63,980 bases of DNA, filler included, from Welwitschia mirabilis (GCA_051453625.1; 8 parts of one record of this genome joined end to end with filler, not necessarily neighbours in it); one strand, 5' to 3'; shown: positions 1 to 13,692, counted from the first letter of the whole stretch. The notes: generated by a model not told the origin, from the sequence alone. Made by a program: numbers and translations.

Positions 1-1272
1 TCCAAAGATGGGAGATTTTCTGGACATTCCTAGGCCCCTGTAACTATGAAAAATTATTATTGAAAGAAGAGTTAAGATTGATTATCACCTTGAATGTCCT
101 CCTTTGTTTTATTTTCAATTATACCTTTTTGAGTATTCATTCTAATTCTTCTGTTTACTTGTCTAGATTTTATAGTTTTGTTAGCTGTAGGAACATCTGA
201 AACATCTCATCTACATTGTTATTATTTTCTTTTTGTTGTTGTTTCATTTTCATTTGTATTTGTTATTGTGGTTATTACTGCAACATGGTATTTGACATGT
301 TGTGGACGTGCTTTGTGTACTCCTATTCAACTATCTCATGCTGTTTTTATTTATTATATTTATTCTAGTTTCTTCTCTAATAGAGTGTCATATTTATTTG
401 CCTATGTGATTGGATCATTGTTTAAGATTTAAGCTGGCTTCCTTTTTTAATCTTTTTTACCTAACTTTTCACCAATAATTCTTTTTCATCTTTTTATTTT
501 TCTTATATTTTTCCATCATGTGCCCACATTTTCCACATTTTGAGCATTGCAATGGAATATTTTCAATTTTAAAGTTGAAAACTAATTCTCCCCATGTAGT
601 ATCCAGGATTATTTTCTTTGCATTGAAACTTTATAGTTTCATGTAAACACATATTCTAGTTATGGACATTTTTGCCATTAAGTCTATATTTCTATCAAGC
701 TTAATAAACTCTTCTAAAAGGTTGTTAAGTTGCATGAAAAAAATAGGATTCCATATTTTCAGGTGAGGGTTTAAGATACAGATCCAAATTGGAATCTTCT
801 CAAAAATAGAGGATTTATAAAGGATGAATGAAAACCATTTAGTTAAGGCTAAAGCTCTAGACTAAAAATATAGGGACTTCCTACTAGAACCTTATTCATT
901 TCTTCTTTCATATGAAAGATAAAATGAATAATCCATATCTAATATGAATTATCCTACAACTTACTGGAAATTTGTAGGAAAACCGATGTGAGTCTAAGTG
1001 TATACTATTGTGTCGTTTTAAGTTTTCATAACAGATAGCACCACCAAGGAGTTAAATAGAGAGCATGTTGAAGACACACTACATCAAAACTCGAAATCAT
1101 CTCCAAAAAATATCCAACGAAAAGTACTTGCATGGATAAATTGCAAAGGAGGAGAATACACCAGCACATGGAAGATGTACTAGATTTGAGAAAGAAATGT
1201 CCCTCGAACTGTTGTTGCATACCTTGAAAGCGAAACCCTGGCTTTGCTATTCTACTCTACTCCACTCCACTT
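1..1272 (-). mobile_element. Decayed L1-type LINE 5' portion (ORF1: DUF4283-like RRM region plus zinc knuckle)
   Basis: Manual minus-strand translation of ~960 to 500 gives ...EEMNKVLVGSPYIF..ALALTKWF...EKIPIWICILNPHLKIWNP...FIKLDRNIDLMAKMSITRICVYM...IENIPLQCSKCGKCGHMM, the typical plant L1 ORF1 pattern. It is broken by stops and frameshifts. Boundaries are approximate. Confidence 0.75.
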
Positions 1273-2159
1273 CCAATAAAATTCTTCATTATTTGATAAT
1301 ATTTGAAACACATTAAAAATTTTAGTTTCTTTACTTTTTCTTTTGCTATTCATTAAACNNNNNNNNNNNNNNNNNNNNNNNNNNNNNNNNNNNNNNNNNN
1401 NNNNNNNNNNNNNNNNNNNNNNNNNNNNNNNNNNNNNNNNNNNNNNNNNNNNNNNNNNNNNNNNNNNNNNNNNNNNNNNNNNNNNNNNNNNNNNNNNNNN
1501 NNNNNNNNNNNNNNNNNNNNNNNNNNNNNNNNNNNNNNNNNNNNNNNNNNNNNNNNNNNNNNNNNNNNNNNNNNNNNNNNNNNNNNNNNNNNNNNNNNNN
1601 NNNNNNNNNNNNNNNNNNNNNNNNNNNNNNNNNNNNNNNNNNNNNNNNNNNNNNNNNNNNNNNNNNNNNNNNNNNNNNNNNNNNNNNNNNNNNNNNNNNN
1701 NNNNNNNNNNNNNNNNNNNNNNNNNNNNNNNNNNNNNNNNNNNNNNNNNNNNNNNNNNNNNNNNNNNNNNNNNNNNNNNNNNNNNNNNNNNNNNNNNNNN
1801 NNNNNNNNNNNNNNNNNNNNNNNNNNNNNNNNNNNNNNNNNNNNNNNNNNNNNNNNNNNNNNNNNNNNNNNNNNNNNNNNNNNNNNNNNNNNNNNNNNNN
1901 NNNNNNNNNNNNNNNNNNNNNNNNNNNNNNNNNNNNNNNNNNNNNNNNNNNNNNNNNNNNNNNNNNNNNNNNNNNNNNNNNNNNNNNNNNNNNNNNNNNN
2001 NNNNNNNNNNNNNNNNNNNNNNNNNNNNNNNNNNNNNNNNNNNNNNNNNNNNNNNNNNNNNNNNNNNNNNNNNNNNNNNNNNNNNNNNNNNNNNNNNNNN
2101 NNNNNNNNNNNNNNNNNNNNNNNNNNNNNNNNNNNNNNNNNNNNNNNNNNNNNNNNNNN

Positions 2160-2593
2160 TGGTTATAGAAGTAAAGTTCATTAAAAAAACCCAAAGTGGT
2201 TGTGAATATTAATGAAGTGAAAAAATTACATTCATTTTGTTTACCAATGGAAAGTAACTTTAATTATGATGGAAGTTATGATTTGAATTAACATAATAGC
2301 AATTTATTTAATGTTAAAAAAGTATAAGAAAGAGTTATTTTTAACAAGATATCAAATCATACCTATTATGAATTCTAACATAGTACTAGACCTGATAGTT
2401 TTATCATGAAACATAAAGTGGTTATAGAAGTAAAGTTCATTAAAAAAACCCAAAGTGGTTGTGAATATTAATGAAGTGAAAAAATTACATTCATTGTGTT
2501 TACCAATGGGAAGTAACTTTAATTATGATGGAAGTTATGATTTGAATTAACATAATTGCAATTTATTTAATGTTAAAAAAGTATAAGAAAGAG
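2160..2593 (+). repeat. 259-bp-period tandem duplication (partial first copy runs into the gap)
   Basis: 2160-2334 matches 2419-2593 with about 3 substitutions. Confidence 0.85.
2381..2392 (+). promoter_or_regulatory. Degenerate tRNA-Met primer binding site of family X copy 1
   Basis: TAGTACTAGACC directly after ...TTCTAACA. The downstream context TGATAGTTTTATC matches TAATGGTTCTAAC, which follows TGGTATTAGAGC in copy 2. Confidence 0.55.
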
Positions 2594-4158
2594 GGAAGTA
2601 AGTTCATTTCATCTAGTGTTAAGGTTTCAAAAATATATTAAAATAAAGTGGCTAATACTAAGAGACAGTTTTGATGTTGTTCATGATTTTTGTTTTGTTA
2701 GAAATAAAAGATGGCCCTACTGAAAATTGAAGTATTGGGACCTTAATTTGATGAAACTAAAGGGAGAAGCAATGAGATAAAGATCAACCAGATTGAGAAA
2801 GACATATCAAGCTATAAAATGCTATAACATTATAGAGCATTAAAAAATAGTAATAATTCCATATGATAGCTAAAGTACTGTGATCTTACATTATGAAGCA
2901 AGAAACCACTTAAACTAAAATTGATAGGATATACAAATTTAGTATATTAGGAATGTTTTGCAAACATCTGTAGAAATTCCTAATCATGAAGCTAAGAAAC
3001 CAAGAAATCAATAACATTGTTGATATTATGTTGTTTTTTTTATTGAAGACAAAGTTCATCAATGGTTAAAGTGTTACATCTAGAGGCAGAAAGGGAATAT
3101 CAATTCATGATTTCCTCCATAATGAAATATTATGACCTCCTTTCCTCCTTTACACTTCTTGAAGTATCATTAAAAAATTAGTATTGATATCATTCCATTT
3201 GTCTTTTCTTTAATAAATAATAATCGATGTGTAATATTGATGCACATTTCCCAAAAAATTATGTAGCATGTTTCATCAAATTAGTAAAGTATAAGCTTAT
3301 TAAATCGAATAAAGGCTAAATTAAAGGAAAATTCCAAAACTGTTTGAAATTCATGTAGCAAGCCATAAAAAGGCCATAGGTAACACTCATTTTACCCTTT
3401 TGATGCAATGAAAAGGAGCTTTTAAAATTAAAGAACTTGTGCTCTTGCATCCTGTAATGTTCTACAACATCCTACAAGTATGTTTCTAATTATTTACTAT
3501 AATTTTCCAGCATACCATCTACAATGGTACTCTTCTTTACCTTCTTTATCTCGTTTATTCTCTTTGTTTACTTTATGTAACATATTATTATTGAAAATGA
3601 TGGTAAAATTTAGTTAGAAGTAATAGTTTAGAAGAGCAAAATGTAGAATTTTTTAAACTAGTTAAACTATTAAATTATATAGTGACATAGTTTAATCTTT
3701 AGGAGAAATTAATTTTCTTTTAAATTTTAATTTTATTAAACATGCGACAACTGACATTTCACGTTTTAGGGACATAGGAAAATATAGTAAAGACTAGGTA
3801 GATTGGCCTCAATCATTTTTTTAAAATTTCAATTCTAGATAAAGTGTAAAAAAATGCACCTTCTACATAAGTTAAGCATATCTGATGATGAATTGATAAT
3901 TATTTAGAAAGTTTTCAATTTGGAAAGGTATAAATTAACTTTGGCTTTCATTAACTTATTTTTGATAGCTACAAAAGAAGAATACATGATGTGGAATTAG
4001 ACGATACAAATTTGAAATTACCTTATAAGAAAAAGTATGTTTATTATATGTTCCTTTACAAGTTTTCAAAGTGGATTTACTATTGGTTAGAACAAACCAT
4101 CAATGTGGTATATATTTGCCACTCTATTGTGAACTTTTTAGAGATCTTGTTAGCATGT
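2506..4158 (+). pseudogene. Family X decayed ORF, 5' part (capsid/gag-like, Caulimoviridae-like motifs)
   Basis: Long frame whose stops are mostly explicable as CAA/CGA/TGG transitions. Motifs: FPPLHFLKYH..ISIDIIPF (~3141), QKNYV..FI....LIKSN (~3252), G.I.LEVI......W (~3600), LHKLSIS...IDNYLESF (~3863). The first two are shared with copy 2. Confidence 0.45.
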
Positions 4159-5811
4159 TATTAGGGTGTGGATCATGTGATTTTCTTCTTCAATTAATCA
4201 TCTTCAATAATAACCTAAAATCTTAGTTCCTAATTCATATAAACACATACTAGTATAAGGAATTAACCTTGTTGTACTCTAGATAAAATTCTAAGTGTAT
4301 CTAGAAAATTACTTCATTCAAAAAGGAATTAAAATGTTTTTTTGTTCAATTTAAGAATGATAAATAGATAATAATGTGCTGATGGATGAAATGTAAGAAA
4401 TTAATAAAATAAGAAGATGCAATCCTAAATGGAATTACTAAGGAATCTTACCAACTTGTTGTTACCCAAGTTCACAATTAATGAGTATGAAATTAAGTTT
4501 ATTTAGATATTATATATAAAGAACATAAGAGAAAACTTAATGTAAAACAAGATTATCATTAATTGATTATAATGTTTTAACATTAGCTTAAATGTATCCA
4601 CTCTGCAATGAAGGAATCTTAGCCCAAGACCAAAGTAAGGTCCTTTCTTAGGATAGATGGATCCATTACTTAGTTGAATTCTAATTCATCATAACAATCA
4701 ATGTATGAAAAATGAAACATGTAAAATCTAAGGACGGGTATTTATAGTTTCAAATCGATGATTTAGGTTGCTAAGAATTATTAATTAATAAAGAGTAATC
4801 ATATCATTGATTTTGTAATGGGTAGACTATGCTTTACATTCATTAGAGTTATCGTCCTACTGGATGTCATTCCGATGACATAGGAGATGACACGTAATCT
4901 TTTCTTGTAATGGCTAAAAGTCCTCCACATGTTTTCTTAGTGTAATGCCTGAGTATTATCTGCTTGAGTGTCGTCTGGATGAGAAGGGAAATGACTATTA
5001 GTGGAAAAAAAAATAATGTTTCTATTGTTATCCTATGAGTATCACATCCCAAGGTGTCATTCAAATGACATGGTGAATGAGTGTCAATAAAAAAATGAAG
5101 TTTCTATTTGTGTATACTATTTGTCGTCCTGTGAGTATCATCTAGATGACATGGTGGATGACAACTATGATAATCTATTATAGTAACTTTGGTATAGTAA
5201 GTTTGCTATAGTAACTTGATGTCATCCTCTATGTATAATTTGGATGATAGATATAGTAATTGCTACATTAAATACTATAGTAATATGCTACAGTAACTTG
5301 ATGTCCTCCTTTAAGTGTTGTTTAGATAACATGATGGATGACGACTATAGTAACTGCTACAGTACCTCTATTGCTATAACTTTGCAATAGTAACTTTGCT
5401 ATAGTAAGGTGCTCTAGATGATGCAATTTTCTCATCTAAATAATCTCTAGTCATCATCTATTAGTTTAATATTAACTTCTTGAGTTCTAAAGTATTAGAA
5501 ATGACACTAAAAACTTCCAAATTAATCATATTGATCCCTATTGATCCTCGCGATAATAACTAGAACATTTTAATGGAATTACATTCCATTATTATCTCTT
5601 CATCTGGATGTTAGAGCTCTATCATAAAAACCTTGAATGGAACATGTCTCAAAATCATCTATAAATGGTTAGAAATTTTAGAAAACCGTAATTTCTTATT
5701 CTTCATGATGGTTAGTCCATTTTTGTTGTCAATTGATCAAAAACCTACTTAAATAAACTTGAAGAATATTTCAAACACGATGTCAAATATGGTCATTTTA
5801 GCCTTAAAACA
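4159..5811 (-). repeat. LTR A (3' LTR) of the tandem Athila-like element
   Basis: Homologous to 9216-10782 and 13693-15268. Minus-strand start TGTTTTAAGG is preceded by PPT-like CTTAGTAAGGGGCTA. Contains many CTATAGTAAC/CTACAGTAAC motifs (5160-5410). Confidence 0.85.
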
Positions 5812-8800
5812 TAGCCCCTTACTAAGCATTTGTTAGCCTCCAACAAAAAAAGCAAAAAAGAATAGAAGTAAGCCAAATTAAAAAAGAGATGAAAACTAAC
5901 ACTTAAGTCTAAATGTTACTCACATTATCAAACATAGAGTACATCCTCTTTTAGCATATCAAAAAGATATTGTAATTAAACATCATGAAGAAGATATGTA
6001 TTAAATTTAGAATTATGGTTTTAGTTTCATGGAAACATATTTTTTGTATGCAAATTTATTTTAATTAGAATCAATATTTTTATGATTTCAAAGGCTCCAT
6101 TCCATGAGGTAGATAAATTCATCCCAAATTTTAAATAAGTTTACATTCAATGATAAGAAGAGACAATCCAAAAATTTTAGGTAATGTAAAATAAAAATTC
6201 AAAACCAATCAAAAAAACATAAGAACTTTAGTGTCTAAAAGATTGCAACATATGCATCAAGGGTAAAAGAGAAAGTGTAGAATGAAAACACAATAATATA
6301 AAATGGGAAAGAAAAATAGAATAAACCAAAGCAAGTGAAGGCATCATGAAAATAGACTACTTGGGTTCTAAATGGTAACCTATTAAAACATGACACTTTA
6401 TTTAAAAGAAAAAGTAATACAAATGTTTTACAAAAGATCCAATTAATTACTCTAATACTATGATCCTATGATAAATAAAAAAAGTACAGTTAATAATTTT
6501 GAGATTATCTAACTTACTGAATAGAAATAGACACATTACATTAAAACATATTCTATTTGAAGTTAATCACTTATCAGTAGTCTCTTATTTTCAATGAAAT
6601 ATATATGATTCCCAATCAATAATACATCATGGTTCTATTTGAATAAAATGAATGAAAATGATAATGTACTAGTTGAATTTAATATATCATAACTATAGTC
6701 TCAAGCATCAACTTAAAAGATGGCTATAAATTAATAATACTTGATAAAGTAATAACTAGTGAACACTTCTAGGTGTACCTCCTTTTACATTGGATTCCTC
6801 CCAGTATGGAGTTCTCATTTTTGAACCACTGACCTTTATTTTATCACAAACAGTAGGACTCAAAGTAATTTTTCCTCAAATACGATAATTCCCTAGATAG
6901 ATTAGGAGTGATTATCAAAAGTGTTTTCATAGTATAAATTGATACTTCATTTTTCTTTTTAGAACTATCTCTTACTCCCTTCCCTCACCTCTCTCTCTCT
7001 TTCCCTTATAAATATGAAAAGATACTTATGCATTATAAAAGTAATAATAACCTACATCTGTAATAAAAATACAGTTGCTAAAGAAATAAAGCATACAATA
7101 TGAACAACTTAGTTAAGTACATTTTCCTCTCCTAAAATAAGATTTCATAGGCATTTGAATGCCTTTTAATTGGTTAAGATTCAATTAATCATCCATAAAT
7201 TACAAAAGCTTAAAGTGCTTAAATATGCTACATGATGAAAACAATAGTAAAATCAAGTTAATAAATATTGAAAAAGAAAAAATATTTGCACAAAATGGTA
7301 AGTGGTGGATATCTACTCAATAAAAGAGGCCCTGATAACTTAATTAATTTAAGTAGAATGTAGTTCTTTTACTCTGCATTTATCTTATGACAAAAAGATA
7401 AACATTCCAACATAGTTATTGCATTGTACTTTTTCAGAAAAATAAGAACCAAACCATATTAAAACCAATTTATAGAACATAAGAGGTATACAATCATTTT
7501 TAAGTAAAATCAATTGGCAGGAAAGAAAATATTTTGATAACACTTTAATAGCACAAATTTCATACACTAAATATGAGATGAAGAATTGATAGATTTCATG
7601 AAAAACAATCTTTTATCAAATTTATGTAAAGTATGATTATCATTCTATAATTTATTAATGGTACTTCTCAAAGAATGAATTCAAATATTAGGAGGCTTCT
7701 CAAGATGATTTAGTAGATCATGTTTAGTAAGATGAAGAAGTTCTCTAAGATTTAACTTAAGGAATGGATCAACATTAAGAAGATAAGGCTTTCCTTTATT
7801 TAATATTCAAAGAAATCCCAAATCTTATTTTTTAAAAGTAAAAAGTAATATGAGATTAAGGGTATAAGAAAGCATTGTGTTTTGATTTTCACTAAGCATA
7901 AGTGGGAAAGATGGAGAAACATTTTTGATAGTATTATACTCTTCAAGTTTTATTGCTTCATGGGATGTGAGAATTTTATGCTCAATTAAGTTTTTTTAAA
8001 TCTCTATAATGTATTTCTTATCCTCCTCCTTCTCATTATTTGCATAATCATCTTGTTGCATATCATCATTATCCAAATTATTAAGTTCATTAAAAATATC
8101 ACAAAGAGAGATGTAATCACTAAGTTCATCATAAATTGAGAAATTTTCAAATTTATCTAGAATTTATTCTTCCCTTTTACATTGATTTTCCATTATTAAG
8201 TGGATATTAGGATATAACCTGATATCTCTATACCATCATCTGATGCATTTTTATCCTCATTATTCTTATTTAATTAATGAGTTAAAACATCATTGTGTTC
8301 ATAAAGGATACTTTCTATTCAACATTGATCATCTAAAAGTTCATCATCAAAATATAATTTATCACTACATGTAGTACTTTTGATGATTTCCTCCTCATTC
8401 TTAAGGCGAGAGATAGTAAACATAGTAGAGTGGACTTGCAAATGTTGTGTTGCAAGAGAATCTTAAGGTCTTTAATTTTCTAACATTATTGGTTGAAGTA
8501 TTTCTATAAGATTTATAATGTTTTTATGGCTAGTTCTTGCATTTTATTAAGTTCTTCAATTCAGTCATGAAGTAAATCATCATGGTTGCTTTAGTAACTA
8601 GAAGAACTTAGGGGGTATTAAAAATCGATTTCTTCTTCATATTTCTTTATAGAAGGGATTGAGATATCCTAAATGTATTATAAAATGTTTTTATAAACGA
8701 AATAGGGGTCTTAAAATGTTAAAATACATTATCATTATTCCTAGTTTTGACATCATTTTTCATTGACAACTCTGTTCTTATTTCTTCAAAGGTTTCATGT

Positions 8801-9194
8801 AATGTCCTTCTCTTATTTCTAGAATCTAAGTTTCTCTTTCTTTTAGCAAAGATTTCTTATAGTGTTCATTTTATCCATGGAAGCAAGTGAGAAAAAGAAA
8901 GAGGGAGTAGGCAAGTATTATGATCACCTAAATTGCCTAAAAAGAAAAGTATAACTTAAAAATGTTTCGCAATATTAGCACCCCTAAGATTATAAATAAA
9001 ACAAAAACTAATAATATCATAGAAAGGAAAACTAATAGAAATTAAAATGAAAGTAAAACTAAGGAAGTAAAAGTACAAGCTAAACTAAGAAAAGGTTAAA
9101 AAATTTATATGTGCACACTATAGAAGTAAACAACTTGAAACCAAATCACTTAATTGAGTAGTGAGAATCAATCTTCTAAATGTTTTTGAAATCC

Positions 9195-9212
9195 TTCCTA
9201 GCAATGATGCTA
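9195..9212 (-). promoter_or_regulatory. Degenerate tRNA-Asp-type PBS (Athila-like)
   Basis: Minus strand TAGCATCATTGCTAGGAA versus canonical TGGCGCCGTTGCCGGGGA; all differences are transitions. It lies 3 nt after the LTR CA end. Confidence 0.7.
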
Positions 9213-9215
9213 GTT

Positions 9216-10782
9216 TGTTAGAGCATGAATCATGTGCCTTTCTTCTTCAATTAATTATCTTCAATAATAACCTATAATATTAGTTTTTAATTTATACAAA
9301 CACATACTAATATAAGAAATTAACCTAATGTTGTACTCTAAAGAGGAATTCTAATACATTTAAAAAATTGCTTTATTGGAATTAAAATGTTTTCTATTTA
9401 ATTTCAGAATGATAAATAAATAACAATGCAATGACATATGAAATGAAATGAATTAATGCAATGATATGATACAATCCTAGGCTAGGTGGATGCCTTGTTC
9501 AATTAAACTTTAGTTTATCACAAGAATAATCAATGCATGAAAGATAAAAAATGGGGAATCTAAGGGTGGTATTTATAGTTTTGAATCAATGGTTTAGATC
9601 ACCATGGAGTAGTAACTGATAAAGAGTAATCATACCACTAATAGTTTTGAATCAATGGTTTAGATCACCATGGAGTAGTAACTGATAAAGAGTAATCATA
9701 CCACTAATAATTTTGAATCAATGGTTTAGATCACCATGGAGTAGTAACTAATAAAGAGTAATCATACCACTAATTTCCTGATGGGTAAAATGTGTTTTAC
9801 ATTTATTAGAGTTGTTTTCCTACTGGGTGTTATCCAGATGACATAGGAAATGATATGTAGTCTCCTCTTATAATGATTGAATGTTGTCCATGTGTCTTCT
9901 GAGTGTAACACCTGAGTGTCATCCACTTGGATGTTATCTAGATGACAAGGTGAATGACTATCAGTGATAAAATAACATTTTTGTTGTCATCCTTTAAGTA
10001 TCATCCACTTGAATTGCATCTTGATAACATGGTGGATGACTATTAGTAGAAAAATGAATTTTTTGTTTATGTATACTATTTATCATTCTTTGAGCCTTAT
10101 ATGGACAACATGGCAGATGAAAACTATAGTAATTACTATAATAACCTGCTATAGTAACTCTGCTACAGTAACTTGATGTTGTTCTCTGTGTGTTGTTTGG
10201 ATGACATGGTAGCCAATAACTATAGTAATTGCTATGGTACCTACTACAGTAACTTTGCTATAATAACTTATTGTTATCCTTTGAGTGTCATCTAAATGGT
10301 ATTGTCCTTTGAGAATTGTCCAAACAACATAATGGAGGCCAGTTATAGTAACTTTACTACTATAACTCTACTATAGTAACTTACTCTAGACGATGTACTT
10401 TTCTTATTCAAATCCTCTTTAGTCACCATCTCTTAGTTTAGGATTGATTTATTAGATTTCAAAGTATCAGAAACAACTCCAAAACATCCAAATTGATCAT
10501 ATTCATCCTTATCAATGATCACAATGATAGCTAAAAATTTCCAATGGCATCAAGTTCTATTGTTGTCTTCTCATCTAGATGTCAGAACTCTATCATAAAG
10601 ACCTTAAATGGAACATGTCTCAAAAATCATTCGTAAGTGGTAAAAAATGTTAGAAAACTTCCATTTATTATTCATTATGGTGGCTAGTCCAATTTTGTTT
10701 TTAATTGATTAAAGACCAATTAAATGAACTTGAAACATACTCAAAACATGATGTCAAATGTGGACAGTTTGTCCTTGAAACA
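9216..10782 (-). repeat. LTR B (shared middle LTR)
   Basis: TG...CA termini on the plus strand, PBS on its left (9195-9212) and PPT-like CTTAGTGGGAAACTA (minus strand) on its right. It has an internal deletion near 9480 relative to LTRs A and C. Confidence 0.85.
9575..9772. repeat. 3 x 66-bp near-perfect tandem repeat inside LTR B
   Basis: Unit ATAGTTTTGAATCAATGG...CATACCACTA starts at 9575, 9641 and 9707 with 2 substitutions in total. It is single-copy in LTRs A and C. Confidence 0.95.
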
Positions 10783-12089
10783 TAGTTTCCCACTAAGTGT
10801 TTACTAATCTTATATATAAAATGTGGAAAAGAATAGAAGTGAGCCAAATTGCAAAAAGATATGAAAAATAATAGTTAAGTATAAAGAATACTTAAATTGT
10901 CAAACATAGAATGTGTCTATTTTTAGCATATTAAAAATATATTCTAATTAAACATCATAAAAAATATATGTAAAAATTTAGAATTATGGTTTCGGTTTTA
11001 TAAAAAACATATTTTAAATATATAAATTCATTCTAATTAAAGCCTATCTTTTGATGATTTTAAAGACTCTAATCTTATGACATAGATACATTTATTCCAA
11101 ATCTTAAATAAGTTTACATCTGAGAAAAGACAAGTTGAAAGTTTTAAGTAATGTAAAACAAAAAGTCAAAACCAAGTAAAAGAACACAAGGTACTTTCGT
11201 ATCTAAAAGATTATAAATAATGCATCAAGGGTAAAAGATAAAGTGTAAAATGAAAACACACCAACATAAAATAAGAAAGGTGTTGCGACGCCAACTTAAA
11301 TGTATTTGATAGGGTATTTTGAGTTGTTTTGCAGATAAACTAATAGATAAATGCCTAGTTCCTANNNNNNNNNNNNNNNNNNNNNNNNNNNNNNNNNNNN
11401 NNNNNNNNNNNNNNNNNNNNNNNNNNNNNNNNNNNNNNNNNNNNNNNNNNNNNNNNNNNNNNNNACTAAAAATAAAGTTAATAAGGATACAAAGCATATA
11501 ATATGAACAACTTAATTAAGTACATTTTCCTCTCCTAAAATAATAGTTCATAGTCATTTGAATTCATTTCAATTAACTAAAATCTAATTAATCATCCATA
11601 AATTATAAAAGCCTAAAATGCTTAAACATACTATAGGAGGAAAAATTAAAGTACAATCCAGTTAATAGATGTTAAAAAATAAAAACTACTTTCACATAAT
11701 GGTAAGTTATGGATATTTCCTCAAGAAAAGAGGCTCCACTAAAAAAATTACTTCAAGTCGAATGTTGTTCCTCTAATTTTCATTTATCTCTATGTCAAAA
11801 AAATAGGCATTCCAACATAGTTATTGCAATGTAATTTTTCAGAAAAATAAGGACCAAAACATATTGAAAACAATTGATATAACATGAAAGGTATGTGATC
11901 ATTTATAAATAAAATTAATTGGTATAAAAGAAAATATATTGATAACAATTTAATAGCACAAATTTCTTAAGCCAAACAAGAGATGAATAATTGATAGATT
12001 CCATTGAAAAACAATGTCTTATCAAATTGATGGAAAACATGATTATATCATTTCTTGATTTATCAATGCTACTGATCAAAGAATAAATT

Positions 12090-13330
12090 CAATTATTAGG
12101 ATGCTTTTTAGGATCATTGATTAGGACATGTTTAGTAACGCTAAAAAGTTACCTAAGATTAAACTCAAAAAATGGATTTGCATCAAGAAAGTAAGGCTTT
12201 CCTTAATTTAATATTCCAATAAATCCCACATCATGTTTTTCAAAAGTATAAGTTAACATGGGATTGAGGGTACAAGAAAGGATGATGTTTTGATTTTCAC
12301 AAAGCATAAGTAAAAGAGATGGAGAGATACTTTTAATAAGATTAGAGTCTTCAGGTTTGATTGCTTCATGAGATGTGAGAAGTCTATCCTCATCTGGGTT
12401 TTATTGAATTTCTATAACTTGTGTTTAATCCTCCTCCTCCTCATTATTTACATCATCATCTTATTGCATATAGTCATTATTCAAATTATTAGGTTCATCA
12501 AAAATCTCACAAAGAGAGATGTAATCACTATGTTCATCATAGATTGAGAAATCTTTATATTTCTCTAGAATTGATTCTTCCCTTTCACATTGATTTTCTA
12601 ACACCAAGTGGATACTGGGGATATAATCTAATATATCTATACCATCATTTGATGAATTTTCATCCTCATCATTATTATTTAATTAATGATTACAACATTA
12701 TTATCTTTATATTGAATATCTTCTATTGGACATTGACCATCTAGAAGTTCATTATTAAAATAGAAGTTATCGCTATGTGTAGTAATTTTGATGTTTTTTC
12801 TTAAGTTGAGACATAGTAGACATAACAAAGAAGGCTTTGAGAATGTTGTATTATAAGAGAATCTTAAGGTATTTGATTTCCTAACATTATTTTTTGAAGT
12901 ATTCCTATAAGATATTCAATGTTTTTGTTGGTAGTTTCTTACAGTTTCTTAAGTTCTTCTATTGAGTCATGAAGTAAATTATCTTGGTTGCTTTAGTTAC
13001 ATTAAATAAATCTATTTATTCTTCATTTTCCTGTATGTGAGGGTATTGAGGTATGCCAATTCTATTATAGAATGTTTTTCTAAATGAAGTAGGAGTTCTA
13101 CAATGTTGAATCTAATCATCACTATTTCTACATAAAGGCTTAAAAGAAGAAGGGGAAAAAGAGGGAGGTTGAAAAGAGGAAGGATCATAATTTCTAGTTT
13201 CAACACCATTTTTCATTAACAACTCTCTTCTTCTTTCTTTAAAGATTTCATGTAATGTATTTCTCTTAATTCTAGAATCCAAGTTTCTCTTTCTTTTAGC
13301 AAATAGTTCTTGTAGTGTTCTTTTATCCAT
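12090..13330 (-). pseudogene. Decayed ORF of unknown function in the Athila-like internal region (second copy ~7690-8878)
   Basis: Starts MDKRTLQELFAKRKRNLDSRIKRNTLHEIFKERRREL about 340 bp after the PBS. The same ATG context occurs in both units. It continues through coiled-coil-like and acidic stretches to a hydrophobic end. The downstream end is approximate. Confidence 0.5.
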
Positions 13331-13671
13331 GGAAACAAATGAGAAGAATACAAAAGTAAGAAGTAAGTATGATAATCATCCAAATTTCCCAAAAAACTAA
13401 GTATAAATTAAAAATATTTTGTAATAGTAGCATTCCTAAAATTACACAAAAAATAAAACTAAAAACAACATAGAAATGGAAACTAATAGAAATTAAAATG
13501 AAAGCAAGCTTAACAAAGAAAAAATAAAAGCTAAATTAAGAAAAGAGAAAGTATAAGCTAAAGTAAGAATAGGGAAAAAAATTATATGTACTCACTACAC
13601 AAGTAAATAACTAGAAAATAAATCAGTTACTTACATATTAAGAATTAATTGTATAAACTTTGTTGAACTCC

Positions 13672-13689
13672 TTCCTAGTAATGGTGCTA
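13672..13689 (-). promoter_or_regulatory. Degenerate tRNA-Asp-type PBS (Athila-like)
   Basis: Minus strand TAGCACCATTACTAGGAA, a transition-only derivative of TGGCGCCGTTGCCGGGGA, adjacent to the LTR C end. Confidence 0.7.
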
Positions 13690-13692
13690 ATT

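Noticed and set aside
1252-2212. Long ORFs in the ORF track spanning N runs (also near 11.4k, 32.2k, 51.5k, 53.2k, 60.5k, 63k)
   Set aside because: Open only because N codons contain no stops.
2400-3500. Possible 30K viral movement protein in family X
   Set aside because: The conserved 30K core (aspartate motif with flanking beta-strand pattern) could not be found by eye; only capsid-like motifs were retained.
9575-9772. CRISPR-like appearance of regularly spaced repeats
   Set aside because: Head-to-tail units with no unique spacers, in a eukaryotic LTR, and no cas genes.
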